64,000 bases of DNA from Myxococcota bacterium. GTDB lineage: Bacteria > Myxococcota_A > UBA796 > UBA2385. A program made the position numbers and the translations under genes. The stretch covers positions 32,001 through 96,000 of the forward strand of contig JBIJDH010000003.1 in assembly GCA_044344255.1 (NCBI GenBank). The letters are read 5' to 3'. Below, one piece after another: positions 1-11,361 of this stretch (positions within the stretch are counted from its first letter, which is position 1; every line of letters starts with the position of its first letter). Below the pieces are notes generated by a model. The model ran no database searches, had not been told where the DNA came from, and worked only from the letters and a program-made list of their open reading frames with translations.

Positions 1-2
1 AG

Positions 3-725
3 CAGGGCGTCGAGGAAGGCCGGGGAGTGCCTGCGCATCCCGGCCGCGCCCTGAACGAGGGGCTCGACGACGATGGCCGCGAGCGTGTCACCGTGCTCCC
101 GGAGCAGCTCGTCGGCGTGCGCGAGGCAGCGGGCCTCGTCGTCGGGATCGGGGCGGTCCGGGGCCGGGAGGCGGAGGGCGTCGAAGAGCAACGGCCGGTA
201 GACGCCGTGGAAGAGCTCGATGCCGCCGACGGAGACCCCCCCCAGGGTGTCGCCGTGGTAGGCCTCGGCCAGAGCGGCGAAGCGGGTGCGCTGGCGCTGC
301 CCGCGCTGCTGCTGGCATTGGAAGGCGATCTTGAGCGCCACTTCGACCGCGGTTGAGCCCGAGTCCGAATAGAAGACCCGGCTCAGCGGCTCGCCCGCGC
401 CGGGGAGGCGGGCGGTGAGCTCGATGAGGCGCCGGGCCAGCCGGGCCGATGGAACGCTGGCGAGTCCGAGCAGGGTGCTGTGGGCGACCCGATCGAGCTG
501 GGCGCGCACCGCGGCGTCGATGTGAGGGTGGCGGTGCCCGTGCACGTTGGTCCACAGGCTCGCCACCCCGTCGAGGTAGCGGCGCCCCTGGACGTCGATG
601 AGCTCCACCCCCTCGGCTCGCTCGATCATCAGCGGATCGCCGGCGGCCTCCCACTCGTCTTGTTGAGTGAAGGGGTGCCAGAGGTGCTGCAGGTCCCAGC
701 GGGCGAGGGCTTCGGGGGTGGGCAT
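3..725 (-). CDS. bioA: Adenosylmethionine-8-amino-7-oxononanoate aminotransferase (runs off the window edge, 3' part missing)
   Basis: Manual minus-strand translation from the ATG at 725 gives MPTPEALARWDLQHLWHPFTQ...YLDGVASLWTNVHGH...FYSDSGSTAVEVALK...AYHGDTLG...AAIVVEPLVQGAAGM, which are BioA motifs. It is absent from the ORF track because there is no stop in the window. Confidence 0.9.
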   Translation of the reverse strand, partial: MPTPEALARWDLQHLWHPFTQQDEWEAAGDPLMIERAEGVELIDVQGRRYLDGVASLWTNVHGHRHPHIDAAVRAQLDRVAHSTLLGLASVPSARLARRLIELTARLPGAGEPLSRVFYSDSGSTAVEVALKIAFQCQQQRGQRQRTRFAALAEAYHGDTLGGVSVGGIELFHGVYRPLLFDALRLPAPDRPDPDDEARCLAHADELLREHGDTLAAIVVEPLVQGAAGMRRHSPAFLDAL

Positions 726-756
726 CGGGGACCGTTATTCGGTCGCCGACCCGAGG

Positions 757-3036
<2,280 letters not shown>

Positions 3037-3055
3037 GGGCGTCTCCGAGGGCGTT

Positions 3056-3119
3056 CGTGATCTGGCACCGACGTGGTCTGGCACCGACGGGGTCTGGCAC
3101 CGACGTGATCTCGCATCGT
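3056..3119. repeat. 16-bp tandem repeat (cgtg(a/g)tctggcaccga), about 3.5 copies, intergenic
   Basis: Units at 3056, 3072 and 3088 plus a degenerate unit at 3104, read directly from the sequence. Confidence 0.85.
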
Positions 3120-3139
3120 GGGATGTCGAACTCGCGCGG

Positions 3140-4723
3140 TCAGCGACCGACGGCGAGCTTCAGCGCGCCATTCGTTCGGTCATAGTAACTCACGTACACG
3201 AGGTCGTTGCTGTCGATGGCGATGTCGGGGGACAGGCCGACGTCGCCGGTGGAGTCTACGGTGATGAGCGCCCATGCGCTCCCGTCGTAGTGGGCGACCT
3301 TCAGGTTCTTGTTCGTATCGTCATAATATGCGATCCAGGGCAGGTCGGCGGAGTCGAAGGCGAGGCGGGCGTAGCTCCCCACGCTGCCGGTGCTGTCGAT
3401 CGTGCTGAGGCTCCAGCTCAGACCCCCGTCTGTGGAACACCCGTATTGAAGGTCAGCCGTGTCGGTGCGGAAGAGGGCCACGCAAGGAGTGTCATCACTC
3501 TGAAGGGCGAGGCTCGTGTATTTCCCCTTCGTGCCCACCGTGTTCGAGAAGCTGAGGTCTCCCGGGTAGGCGTATTGTGCCTCGTCGGCGAAGGCGCCGC
3601 CGTCGTAGTAGGCGATGTGGTCATAGCCGGCGCTGTCAATGGCGAGGCTGGTGTAGGTGCCGGTGGCGCCCGCGTAGTTGATGTCGACTTGGGTGTAGAG
3701 CGCGTCGATCCCGAAGAAGGCCCACGGTGAGGTGAGGGTGTCGGCCAGCATCGGGATCCCATAGTCGGCGTCATACCAGGCGAAGCTCGGGAGGTTGGAG
3801 CTGTCTACCGCGATGGAGACGTATTGGCCGACGTCGAGAGAGGCCGAGCTGGCGAAGTCTTCGACGGGCAGGGCGCTCGTCCAGGTGCCGGTGGCCTCCC
3901 GATAGGCATAGTCGAGCTCGCGTACCCCCGAGCTGTCCTCGCGGGTGTAGGCGATCTGGAAGCGGTCGGCCGCGTCGACCACGGCGTCCATCCACTCGCC
4001 GAGGATGGCCCCGGACTCGGCGAGGGCGTCGATCGGGGAAGACCAGGCGCCACCCGTGGACCGGATGGCGAAGCGGACGAGGCCATGGTCGAGATCGAAC
4101 CAGGCGAGCTGCACGCGGTCCCCGGAGTCCGTGTCGATGGCGGAGGGGCTGCCCGCGTCGACGGAGGCGTCTACGGTCTCGGTCTCGAAGCGCTCGTCGG
4201 TGAGGCCGTCACAGTCGTTGTCTTTGCCGTCCGCGGTGTCCTCGTCGGCGTCGGGGTGGACGAGGGGGTCCTTGTCATTGCAGTCGTCGGCGAGGAGGTA
4301 GCCGTCTCCGTCCACGTCATCGTCCGGGGTGGTGGGATCGCAGTCGTTGTCGATCCCATCGTAGGCGACCTCGATCGCCTCGGTGCTCACGCTGTCGTCG
4401 GTGTCGTCGCAGTCGCCGTCCTCCTCGGTCTGCCCGTCTCCGTCGTCGTCCACGGTGTCGGGGTCCGGATCGGCGTCGGTGTCCGCGTCGCTGTCGGCGT
4501 CTGAATCGGCGTCGCTGTCGGCGTCTGAATCGGCGTCGGCATCCCCGTCGGTGTCGGTGTCGCTGTCCGCGTCGGTGTCCGCGTCGCCGTCGGCGCCGCC
4601 GCTCCCGTCACCTTGCCCGGTCGGGTCCTTCCCCTTGCCGAAGAAGCCGCCCGAGCAGGCGCTGAGCAGGAAGAGGCTGAGCAGGAAGGGATGGAGGGGG
4701 AGGAAGGAGGGGGCGAGGCGCAT
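3140..4723 (-). CDS. Lipoprotein with an Asp/Ala/Ser linker, MopE-type repeats and a C-terminal beta-propeller-like domain
   Basis: Lipobox LSAC, a DADSDADSD tract, DCDD/DNDCD repeats and repeated S.AIDS.D.P.IAYYD blades. Confidence 0.8.
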   Translation of the reverse strand: MRLAPSFLPLHPFLLSLFLLSACSGGFFGKGKDPTGQGDGSGGADGDADTDADSDTDTDGDADADSDADSDADSDADSDADTDADPDPDTVDDDGDGQTEEDGDCDDTDDSVSTEAIEVAYDGIDNDCDPTTPDDDVDGDGYLLADDCNDKDPLVHPDADEDTADGKDNDCDGLTDERFETETVDASVDAGSPSAIDTDSGDRVQLAWFDLDHGLVRFAIRSTGGAWSSPIDALAESGAILGEWMDAVVDAADRFQIAYTREDSSGVRELDYAYREATGTWTSALPVEDFASSASLDVGQYVSIAVDSSNLPSFAWYDADYGIPMLADTLTSPWAFFGIDALYTQVDINYAGATGTYTSLAIDSAGYDHIAYYDGGAFADEAQYAYPGDLSFSNTVGTKGKYTSLALQSDDTPCVALFRTDTADLQYGCSTDGGLSWSLSTIDSTGSVGSYARLAFDSADLPWIAYYDDTNKNLKVAHYDGSAWALITVDSTGDVGLSPDIAIDSNDLVYVSYYDRTNGALKLAVGR

Positions 4724-4845
4724 CGACGGCTCCGGAGAGAGAGGGCACCTTTTCCCCGTGCTCCGCCGCTGTCAACGGAAGAGCACGGAACGTCGCCCGG
4801 TTGTCGCCGAGCGCCTCCCGGGCTGCGCTCCCCCCGCCCGGGCCC

Positions 4846-6207
4846 TCAGCGCGCGCCGGCCGCCGCGAGGGCGCGATCGAAGGCGGCGAGGCCGTGATCG
4901 AGGTCGACCTCGGCGATGAGCATCGGCGGCGCGATGCGGAAGACGTTGCCGAAGCGGCCGCCCTTGCCGAGCAGCAGGCTCTCGTTTCGGGCGGCCTCGA
5001 AGATGCGGTTCGTGAGGGCGGGATCGGGGGTGCGGTCCTGGGCGAGCTCGTCGACCACGACCTCGATGCCCCACATCAGGCCCATTCCGCGCACGTCTCC
5101 GAGGTTGTGGGGGTACTTCTCCTGCAGGGCCCGCAGGGCGTCGCCGAGCCGCTCTCCGAGGCGGGCAGCCCGCCCGGGGATGTCCTCGGCGGCCATCTTG
5201 TCGATGGTGGCCTGCGCGGCGGCCATGCTCACGGGGTTGCCGCCAAAGGTCGAGATGGTGAGCCGGGGGAGGCTGCGGGCGATCTCGGGCGTGGTCATGC
5301 AGTTGGCGGCTGGCATCCCGTTGGCCATGCCCTTGGCCATCGTGATGATGTCCGGCGTGACGCCCCAGTGCTCGATGCCCCACCACTTGTCGCCGGTGCG
5401 ACCAAAGCCCGTCTGGACCTCGTCGGCGATGAAGAGCCCGCCGTACTTGCGGACGATCTCCACCGCGACCTGGAAGTACTCCTTCGGCGGCACCACGAAG
5501 CCGCCGACGCCCTGGATGGGCTCGGCGAGGAAGCCGGCGATCTGGCCGGTGGTGGTGTACTGGATGAGGCGCTCGATGTCCTTCGCGCAGGCCAGCCCGC
5601 AGCCGGGGTAGGTCTGGTTGAAGGGGCAGCGGTAGCAGTTGGGCTCGGCGGCGTGCTTGATGCCGGCGATCTGCGTGGGGAGCACCCGCCAATTGCTGTG
5701 GGCGGTGAGCGACTGGGCGAGCATCGAGCGGCCGGAGTATCCGTTCCGCAGCGCGATGAGCTCGCTCCGCCCGGTGTGGCTCATGGCGAGCATCACGGCC
5801 ATCTCGTCGGCCTCGGTGCCGCTCGCGACGAAGAAGCTCTGGCTGATGTCGCCGGGCGCGATGCCGGCCATGGTCTCGGCCAGCTTCACCACGGGGAGGT
5901 TCGGGTAGAGCGTGCTCAGGTGGGTGAGGCGGTCGAGCTGGACGCGGATGGCGCCGTTGACGTCCGGATCGGCGTGCTGGAGGGAGACGGTGAGGATGCC
6001 GCCGAAGAAGTCGAGGTACTCCCGCCCGTCGGTGTCGTACACCCTCACCCCCGCGGCGCGGTCGACCACGATCGGCTCGCTGTAGTAGCTGAGCGTCGAG
6101 GGCATGAGGTAGCGGCTGTGCTTCTCCCGGATCTGCTCGGACAGCGTGGGGGAAGGCGCGGCGGGTGATGTCGAAGAGGGCGGGAGATCGTGAGGGGCGT
6201 CGTTCAT
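4846..6207 (-). CDS. Class-III PLP-dependent aminotransferase (AGXT2/GABA-AT-like)
   Basis: Motifs YLDFFGG, SGTEA, AEPIQGVGG, FIADEVQTGFGRTG, MAKGMANG (PLP Lys) and STFGGNP. Start re-set to MNDAPH. Confidence 0.9.
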   Translation of the reverse strand: MNDAPHDLPPSSTSPAAPSPTLSEQIREKHSRYLMPSTLSYYSEPIVVDRAAGVRVYDTDGREYLDFFGGILTVSLQHADPDVNGAIRVQLDRLTHLSTLYPNLPVVKLAETMAGIAPGDISQSFFVASGTEADEMAVMLAMSHTGRSELIALRNGYSGRSMLAQSLTAHSNWRVLPTQIAGIKHAAEPNCYRCPFNQTYPGCGLACAKDIERLIQYTTTGQIAGFLAEPIQGVGGFVVPPKEYFQVAVEIVRKYGGLFIADEVQTGFGRTGDKWWGIEHWGVTPDIITMAKGMANGMPAANCMTTPEIARSLPRLTISTFGGNPVSMAAAQATIDKMAAEDIPGRAARLGERLGDALRALQEKYPHNLGDVRGMGLMWGIEVVVDELAQDRTPDPALTNRIFEAARNESLLLGKGGRFGNVFRIAPPMLIAEVDLDHGLAAFDRALAAAGAR

Positions 6208-6409
6208 GTTCGGCTCCGAGGCGCGGGCAGTTCGATCGAGGAGGGCGGAGGCTGTGGGCCTCGGCGTCAGGCATGATGCCACGGTAGCGGGGGTGGTACG
6301 AGGTGGCCGCGCGGCCTCCGTCGCTCCGACTTGCGGGTGCGGATCTCTACGCTTAGTGCGGCCTGGTCTCTCCTCCCGCGTCTCCCTCGACGCCGATCTG
6401 GGGTCCTCC

Positions 6410-7885
6410 ATGTCTGAACAGATCCATGCGGTCAACCTCATCGGCGGGCGGTTGGAGTCCGGCGCGCGCACCGCCCCGAACACCTGCCCCGCGCGGGTCT
6501 CCGAGGTGGTGGGCTCGGCGCCCCTCTCTGGTATCGAGGAGGCGGTCGCGGCGGTCGCGGCCGCCAAGGCCGCCTTCCCCGGCTGGGCAGCCACCCCGGC
6601 GCCGGCCCGCGGGGAGCGCCTGTTCCGCCTCGTGCGCCTGATGGAGCAGAACGCGGAGCGGCTCGCCCGCACCCTCGCCTGGGAGGAGGGGAAGATCCTG
6701 AGCGAAGCGATGGGCGAGGTGGCCAAGGCCATCCGCTACGTGGAGTTCGCCGCCGGGGATTGTCGTCGCATGGCGGGCATCACGGTTCAGAGCGAGGTGC
6801 CGGGCACCTTCGCGATGACGATCTGGCGCCCCCTCGGCGTGGTGGGGCTCATCACCCCCTGGAACTTCCCGGTGGCCATCCCGCTTTGGAAGCTCGCCCC
6901 TGCAGTCGCGGCCGGCAACACCGTGGTGCTCAAGCCTGCGCCCGAGACCCCGGCCACCGCGCACCTCATCGGCGAGCTCATCACCGAGGCCGGCTTTCCC
7001 CCCGGGGTGGTCAACATCGTCTACGGCGACGCCGAGCCCGCCAAGGCGATCATCGAGCACCCGGACGTGGTGGCGGTCAGCTTCACCGGCAGCACCGAGG
7101 TCGGCCTCGCCATCGAGGCGCGCTGCGGGGCGCTCCACAAGCGGGTCCAGTGCGAGATGGGGGGGAAGAACCCCATCCTCGTCTTCGCGGACGCCGATCT
7201 CGCGGCCGCGGCCGCCGCCGCCGCCAAGGGGGCCTTCGGCAGCACCGGACAGCGCTGCACCGCCACGAGCCGGGCCATCGTGATGGCCGACGTGGCCGAC
7301 GACTTCGTGGCGCTCCTCGCCGCGGAGGCCGACCGGGTGCGGGCCGGCCACCCCTTTGACCCCGAGAGCACGATGGGCCCCTCGGTGAGCGAACGGCAGC
7401 TCAGCACGGTGTCTCGGTACCAGCGCCTCGGCGCCGAGGAGGGCCGCCTCGTCTGCGGCGGCGGGCGCTCGCTCGCCGGGGGCCTCGATCAGGGTTGGTT
7501 CCCCGAGCCCACCGTCTTCGATCACGTCGCCCCGGACGCCCGCATCGCCACCGAGGAGATCTTCGGCCCCGTGCTGTCGGTGATCCGTGTCCGCACGGTC
7601 GACGAGGCCATCCGGGTGGCGAACTCCGTGCAGTATGGCCTCACCGGCTCCGTCTTCACCCGCGACCTCGGCTTCGCCTTCCAGGTCATCGAGCGGCTCG
7701 AGACGGGCATCCTCCATGTGAACAATCCCACGATCGGGGGGGAGGCGCACATGCCCTTCGGTGGGGTGAAGAACACCGCCACCGGCCCGAAGGAGATGGG
7801 CGCCGAGGCCTGGCGCTTCTACTCTGAGGACAAGGCCGTCTACATCAATCATGGCGGCGCGGTGCGCAAGAGCAACCTGTATTGA
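6410..7885 (+). CDS. Aldehyde dehydrogenase (semialdehyde dehydrogenase-like)
   Basis: Motifs ITPWNFP, FTGSTEVG, CEMGGKNP, GQRCTATSR, EEIFGPV and PFGG. Start at MSEQIH. Confidence 0.92.
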   Translation: MSEQIHAVNLIGGRLESGARTAPNTCPARVSEVVGSAPLSGIEEAVAAVAAAKAAFPGWAATPAPARGERLFRLVRLMEQNAERLARTLAWEEGKILSEAMGEVAKAIRYVEFAAGDCRRMAGITVQSEVPGTFAMTIWRPLGVVGLITPWNFPVAIPLWKLAPAVAAGNTVVLKPAPETPATAHLIGELITEAGFPPGVVNIVYGDAEPAKAIIEHPDVVAVSFTGSTEVGLAIEARCGALHKRVQCEMGGKNPILVFADADLAAAAAAAAKGAFGSTGQRCTATSRAIVMADVADDFVALLAAEADRVRAGHPFDPESTMGPSVSERQLSTVSRYQRLGAEEGRLVCGGGRSLAGGLDQGWFPEPTVFDHVAPDARIATEEIFGPVLSVIRVRTVDEAIRVANSVQYGLTGSVFTRDLGFAFQVIERLETGILHVNNPTIGGEAHMPFGGVKNTATGPKEMGAEAWRFYSEDKAVYINHGGAVRKSNLY

Positions 7886-7945
7886 CGGTGCCGGACTCGG
7901 CGAGAGGCGTCCCTGACATGAGCGTGTCCTTATGAGCGCGACCTG

Positions 7946-8389
7946 ATGCGGGCGGTCATCCAGCGGGTCCGTCGAGCGAGCGTCACGGTGGAGGGCCACG
8001 TGAGCGGCGCCATCGAAGGCGGGCTGCTCGTCCTCGTCGCGGTCGCGCCCGAGGATGACCTCGGCTCCGTGGAGTGGCTGAGCGAGAAGCTGGTCCACCT
8101 TCGGATCTTCGCGGATGAAGAGGGGAAGATGAACCGCTCCGTCATCGACCTCGGGCTCGGCGTCCTCGTGGTCTCACAGTTCACGCTGTACGGAGACTGT
8201 CGGAGGGGGCGTCGGCCCGCCTTCACGGGCGCAGCCCCGCCCGAGGTGGCCCGGCCGCTGGTGGATCGGCTGAGCGAGGCGCTCTCCGAGAAGGGGGTAG
8301 TCTCGGTGGGCCGGGGGATCTTCGGCGCACACATGGAGGTCTCCCTCGTCAATGACGGACCTGTGACGCTGATCTTGGACAGTCCATGA
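7946..8389 (+). CDS. dtd: D-aminoacyl-tRNA deacylase
   Basis: Motifs [18 protein letters not shown] and VNDGPVT. Confidence 0.95.
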   Translation: MRAVIQRVRRASVTVEGHVSGAIEGGLLVLVAVAPEDDLGSVEWLSEKLVHLRIFADEEGKMNRSVIDLGLGVLVVSQFTLYGDCRRGRRPAFTGAAPPEVARPLVDRLSEALSEKGVVSVGRGIFGAHMEVSLVNDGPVTLILDSP

Positions 8390-8402
8390 TCTTGGACAAG
8401 TC

Positions 8403-10106
8403 ATGAGCACAGACACCGGCGAGAGCCTCGGAGCCAACCCCCTCGACCACCTGGACGCCGTCGTGGTGGGTCTCGATCAAGAGGGGCGGATCTCCTACAT
8501 CAATGACGCCGCCTTGCAGCTCCTCGGCTGGAGCCGGGCGGAGATCGCGGGGCAGAGCTGGTTCGGCTGCGCGGTGCCCCTGGAGCGCCGCGCGGAGATG
8601 GCGGAGGTCTTCCGCCTGATCATGGAGGGACGGGTCAAGGCGCTCGCCTGGTATCGAAACGACGTGCTGACGAAGAGCGGGGGCCGCGTCCTGTTGAGCT
8701 GGTTCAACCAGCTCACCCGTGATGAGCGGGGCGGCATATCGGGCACGCTGAGCATCGGGAGGGTGCAGGCTGCGGGGCTCGAGGGGCTCGAGGGGCTCGA
8801 GGGGCTGGGTGGCGCGGACGCGAAGGCGGACGGGGAGGCGCACCCCGGCGCCCAGGTGGGCACCGCCGAGGAAGACACGGACGCGCTCCATGTCGCGGTG
8901 CGCCTTCGAACCTCGGAGCTCGTGCGGGTCAACGAGGCGCTCTCCTCTCTCGTCGAGCGGCAGCGCGTCACGGAGGCCAGCCTCGACCTCTACCGGCGCC
9001 TCTTCCAGCGGGTCTCGGTGGGCCTTGTCGTCTTTCGGCTCGTCGATCCGTCGGATTTTGGAAGCTTCGAGCTGGTGGACGCCAACCCGGCGGCCGAACG
9101 GTTGATGGGCCTCTCTCGCACGCGCTTCCTCGGGCGGCCGATGCGGGAGTGGGGTGCGGGCACGGTCTCCTCTGACCGACCGCGCATCTACGCGGAGGTG
9201 CTCCAGAGCGGGATCCCGAAGGCGCTGGGTGAACGGTATGTCCCCGCGGGGAGCCTGGTCGGGCTCGAGGAGGGCAAGTGGCTCTCGAGCCATTGTTTCA
9301 AGTTGGGCGCCGAGCTCGTCGCGCTCAGCTTCGAGGACGTGACCGCCCGTCGTCGCGCCGAGGACCACGTCATCCAGCAGGCCTCCGAGCTGCTGCGCTC
9401 CAACGGGGAGCTGGAGCAGTTCGCGTACGTCGCCTCTCACGACCTCCAGGAGCCGCTCCGAAAGGTCCAAGCCTTCAGTGACCGTCTGTTGGCCTTGTAC
9501 GAGGGTAGCCTGGATGAGCGGGGTCGCGACTACCTCCGACGGATCCAGCGCTCGGCGGCGCGTATGCAGGGCCTCGTGCTCGATCTCCTCACGCTCTCTC
9601 GGGTTCAGACACGGCGACAGTCCGTCGAGAAGGTTGACCTCAACCTCCTCCTGTCGGAGATCTCCGCCGAGCTGATCCCGCTCTCGGACGAGCCCCGGGG
9701 CACGATCACCGTGGGCCCGCTGCCCTCGATCGAAGGAGACCGCACTCAGCTCGTCCAGCTCTTCCAGAACCTGCTGTCGAACGGCCTCAAGTTCTGTAAG
9801 GAAGGGTGGCTTCCGCGGGTGCGGGTCGGGGCCGGGCGGCTTCCGGGGGCCCGCTGGGAGTTCAGCGTGGCCGACGAAGGGGTCGGCTTCGAGGGGCGGC
9901 ACCTGGACCGCATCTTGCAGCCCTTCCAGCGCCTCCACCCTCAAGTGTCGTACCCCGGGACGGGCATCGGCCTCGCGATTGTCCATCGGGTCGTCCAGCG
10001 GCACCACGGGACCATCCGCGTGGTGAGCGCTCCGGGCGAGGGGGCCACCTTCTTCATCACGCTCCCGGACCGACAGCCACAGCCCGGGGAGCCCGAGCTC
10101 CCCTGA
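8403..10106 (+). CDS. PAS-domain sensor histidine kinase
   Basis: Two PAS-like segments, H-box FAYVASHDLQEPLRK, N-box QLFQNLLSNGLKF, and DEGVG and GTGIGL G-boxes. Confidence 0.92.
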   Translation: MSTDTGESLGANPLDHLDAVVVGLDQEGRISYINDAALQLLGWSRAEIAGQSWFGCAVPLERRAEMAEVFRLIMEGRVKALAWYRNDVLTKSGGRVLLSWFNQLTRDERGGISGTLSIGRVQAAGLEGLEGLEGLGGADAKADGEAHPGAQVGTAEEDTDALHVAVRLRTSELVRVNEALSSLVERQRVTEASLDLYRRLFQRVSVGLVVFRLVDPSDFGSFELVDANPAAERLMGLSRTRFLGRPMREWGAGTVSSDRPRIYAEVLQSGIPKALGERYVPAGSLVGLEEGKWLSSHCFKLGAELVALSFEDVTARRRAEDHVIQQASELLRSNGELEQFAYVASHDLQEPLRKVQAFSDRLLALYEGSLDERGRDYLRRIQRSAARMQGLVLDLLTLSRVQTRRQSVEKVDLNLLLSEISAELIPLSDEPRGTITVGPLPSIEGDRTQLVQLFQNLLSNGLKFCKEGWLPRVRVGAGRLPGARWEFSVADEGVGFEGRHLDRILQPFQRLHPQVSYPGTGIGLAIVHRVVQRHHGTIRVVSAPGEGATFFITLPDRQPQPGEPELP

Positions 10107-10169
10107 ACCCCGGCGGGGGTGGCGACGGCGCACGACAACCCCGGGGATGCCCTGTTGACCGGAAAAGTC

Positions 10170-10198
10170 TTGAAATGAAAGGTATATCCGGCCATATT
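10170..10198 (+). promoter_or_regulatory. Candidate sigma-70 promoter upstream of the HU pair
   Basis: TTGAAA-17 nt-CATATT in an AT-rich patch. Confidence 0.4.
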
Positions 10199-10475
10199 TT
10201 GGCGCATTCTTGGTCCTGCCTTGTCGTAACTGGGGGGCGCCTGCAAAAAGAGTAGAGCCGGTGCCGTTTTCACGCTGCGATCCCCTTCCCCCTTCGCCGA
10301 GGGTGATGATAGGGGGGGCATCCCCGATGCACCTTCCAGGGTGCGGCGCCCCGCCGAGGGGCGGCGTTCATGGTCCCCGAACGACGGCGCAGCGGACGGG
10401 TCCGTCTGAGCCCCCCATTTCGCACTTCCACCCGTTTAGAACCTCCACCCGCTTAGAACCTCCAGGAGAGTATTG

Positions 10476-10769
10476 ATGAACAAGAAGGAAATGGCTGCCA
10501 AGCTCGCCACCCAGATCGGTGTCTCCCAGGTCAAGGCCATGGAGATCCTGAACACGATCTTCTCGGCCGAGTCCGGCGAGGGCATCTTCGCCGTCGAGCT
10601 CGACGCCGGCCGCAAGGTCACGATCCCCGGCTTCGGCACCTTCGGCACGAAGTCTCGCGCCGCCCGCATCGGGACCAACCCCTCCACCGGCGCCAAGATC
10701 GAGATCACCTCGAAGAAGTACGCGTTCTTCAAGCCCGGCAAGACGCTCAAGGAGCGGGTGGTCAAGTAG
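10476..10769 (+). CDS. hup: HU family DNA-binding protein (paralog 1)
   Basis: MNKKEM...GFGTF...RAARIGTNPSTG...FKPGKTLKE, with a GGAG RBS upstream. Confidence 0.93.
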   Translation: MNKKEMAAKLATQIGVSQVKAMEILNTIFSAESGEGIFAVELDAGRKVTIPGFGTFGTKSRAARIGTNPSTGAKIEITSKKYAFFKPGKTLKERVVK

Positions 10770-10902
10770 CGCGCCTTGCGCCGCGATCCCCGCTGCGGGA
10801 TCCGCTGCGGGATCCGCTGCGCCCTGGCGCCGCTCCGACTCGGAATTGTGCTCTGGTCGTCTCCATTTCTCTGAACTGTGTCTTGCATTTACGGAGCGTG
10901 TC

Positions 10903-11196
10903 ATGAACAAGAAGGAACTGGTCGCCAAGCTGGCCAAGAAGACGGGTCTCTCCCAGGTCAAGGCGATGGAGGCGGTCAACGCCATCTTCGGCGCCGAGCC
11001 CGGTGAGGGCATCATCGCCGTGGAGCTCGACGCGGGCCGCAAGGTCCTCATCGCCGGCTTCGGCACCTTCTCCACCCGGTCCCGCGCCGCTCGCACCGGC
11101 ACCAACCCGGCCAACGGCGCCAAGATCGAGATCAGCGCCAAGAACTACGCGCACTTCAAGCCGGGCAAGACCCTGCGCGAGCGCGTCGAGGTCTGA
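10903..11196 (+). CDS. hup: HU family DNA-binding protein (paralog 2)
   Basis: MNKKELV...GFGTF...RTGTNPANG...FKPGKTLRE, with a GGAG RBS upstream. Confidence 0.93.
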   Translation: MNKKELVAKLAKKTGLSQVKAMEAVNAIFGAEPGEGIIAVELDAGRKVLIAGFGTFSTRSRAARTGTNPANGAKIEISAKNYAHFKPGKTLRERVEV

Positions 11197-11361
11197 TCAA
11201 CACCGGTGGATAGATGCTCCCGTCGGGTGCGTGTATCTCCCTTGAAGGGCTCCGGGCGTCGCTCGGGGCCCTTGTCAATTCTACAGTTGCCAATTTTCCT
11301 GTCACGCAGCGCAGGTCCGGGTGGGTTCGGAGCGCGGTAGTGGGGGGCAGAGGTCCAGCGA

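Noticed and set aside
3062..3110. TGGCAC motifs as possible sigma-54 promoters
   Set aside because: There is no TTGC at the -12 position, and the orientation is opposite to the adjacent genes.
8771..8807. Short in-frame micro-duplications (GLEGLEGLEG here; also DADS at ~4480-4590, QGGGM at ~27780 and EPEA at ~39490)
   Set aside because: These are low-complexity linker expansions without evidence of a separate function.
10199..10215. TGGCGC...TTGGT as a sigma-54 promoter for the HU genes
   Set aside because: It lacks the conserved GC at -12 with correct spacing.
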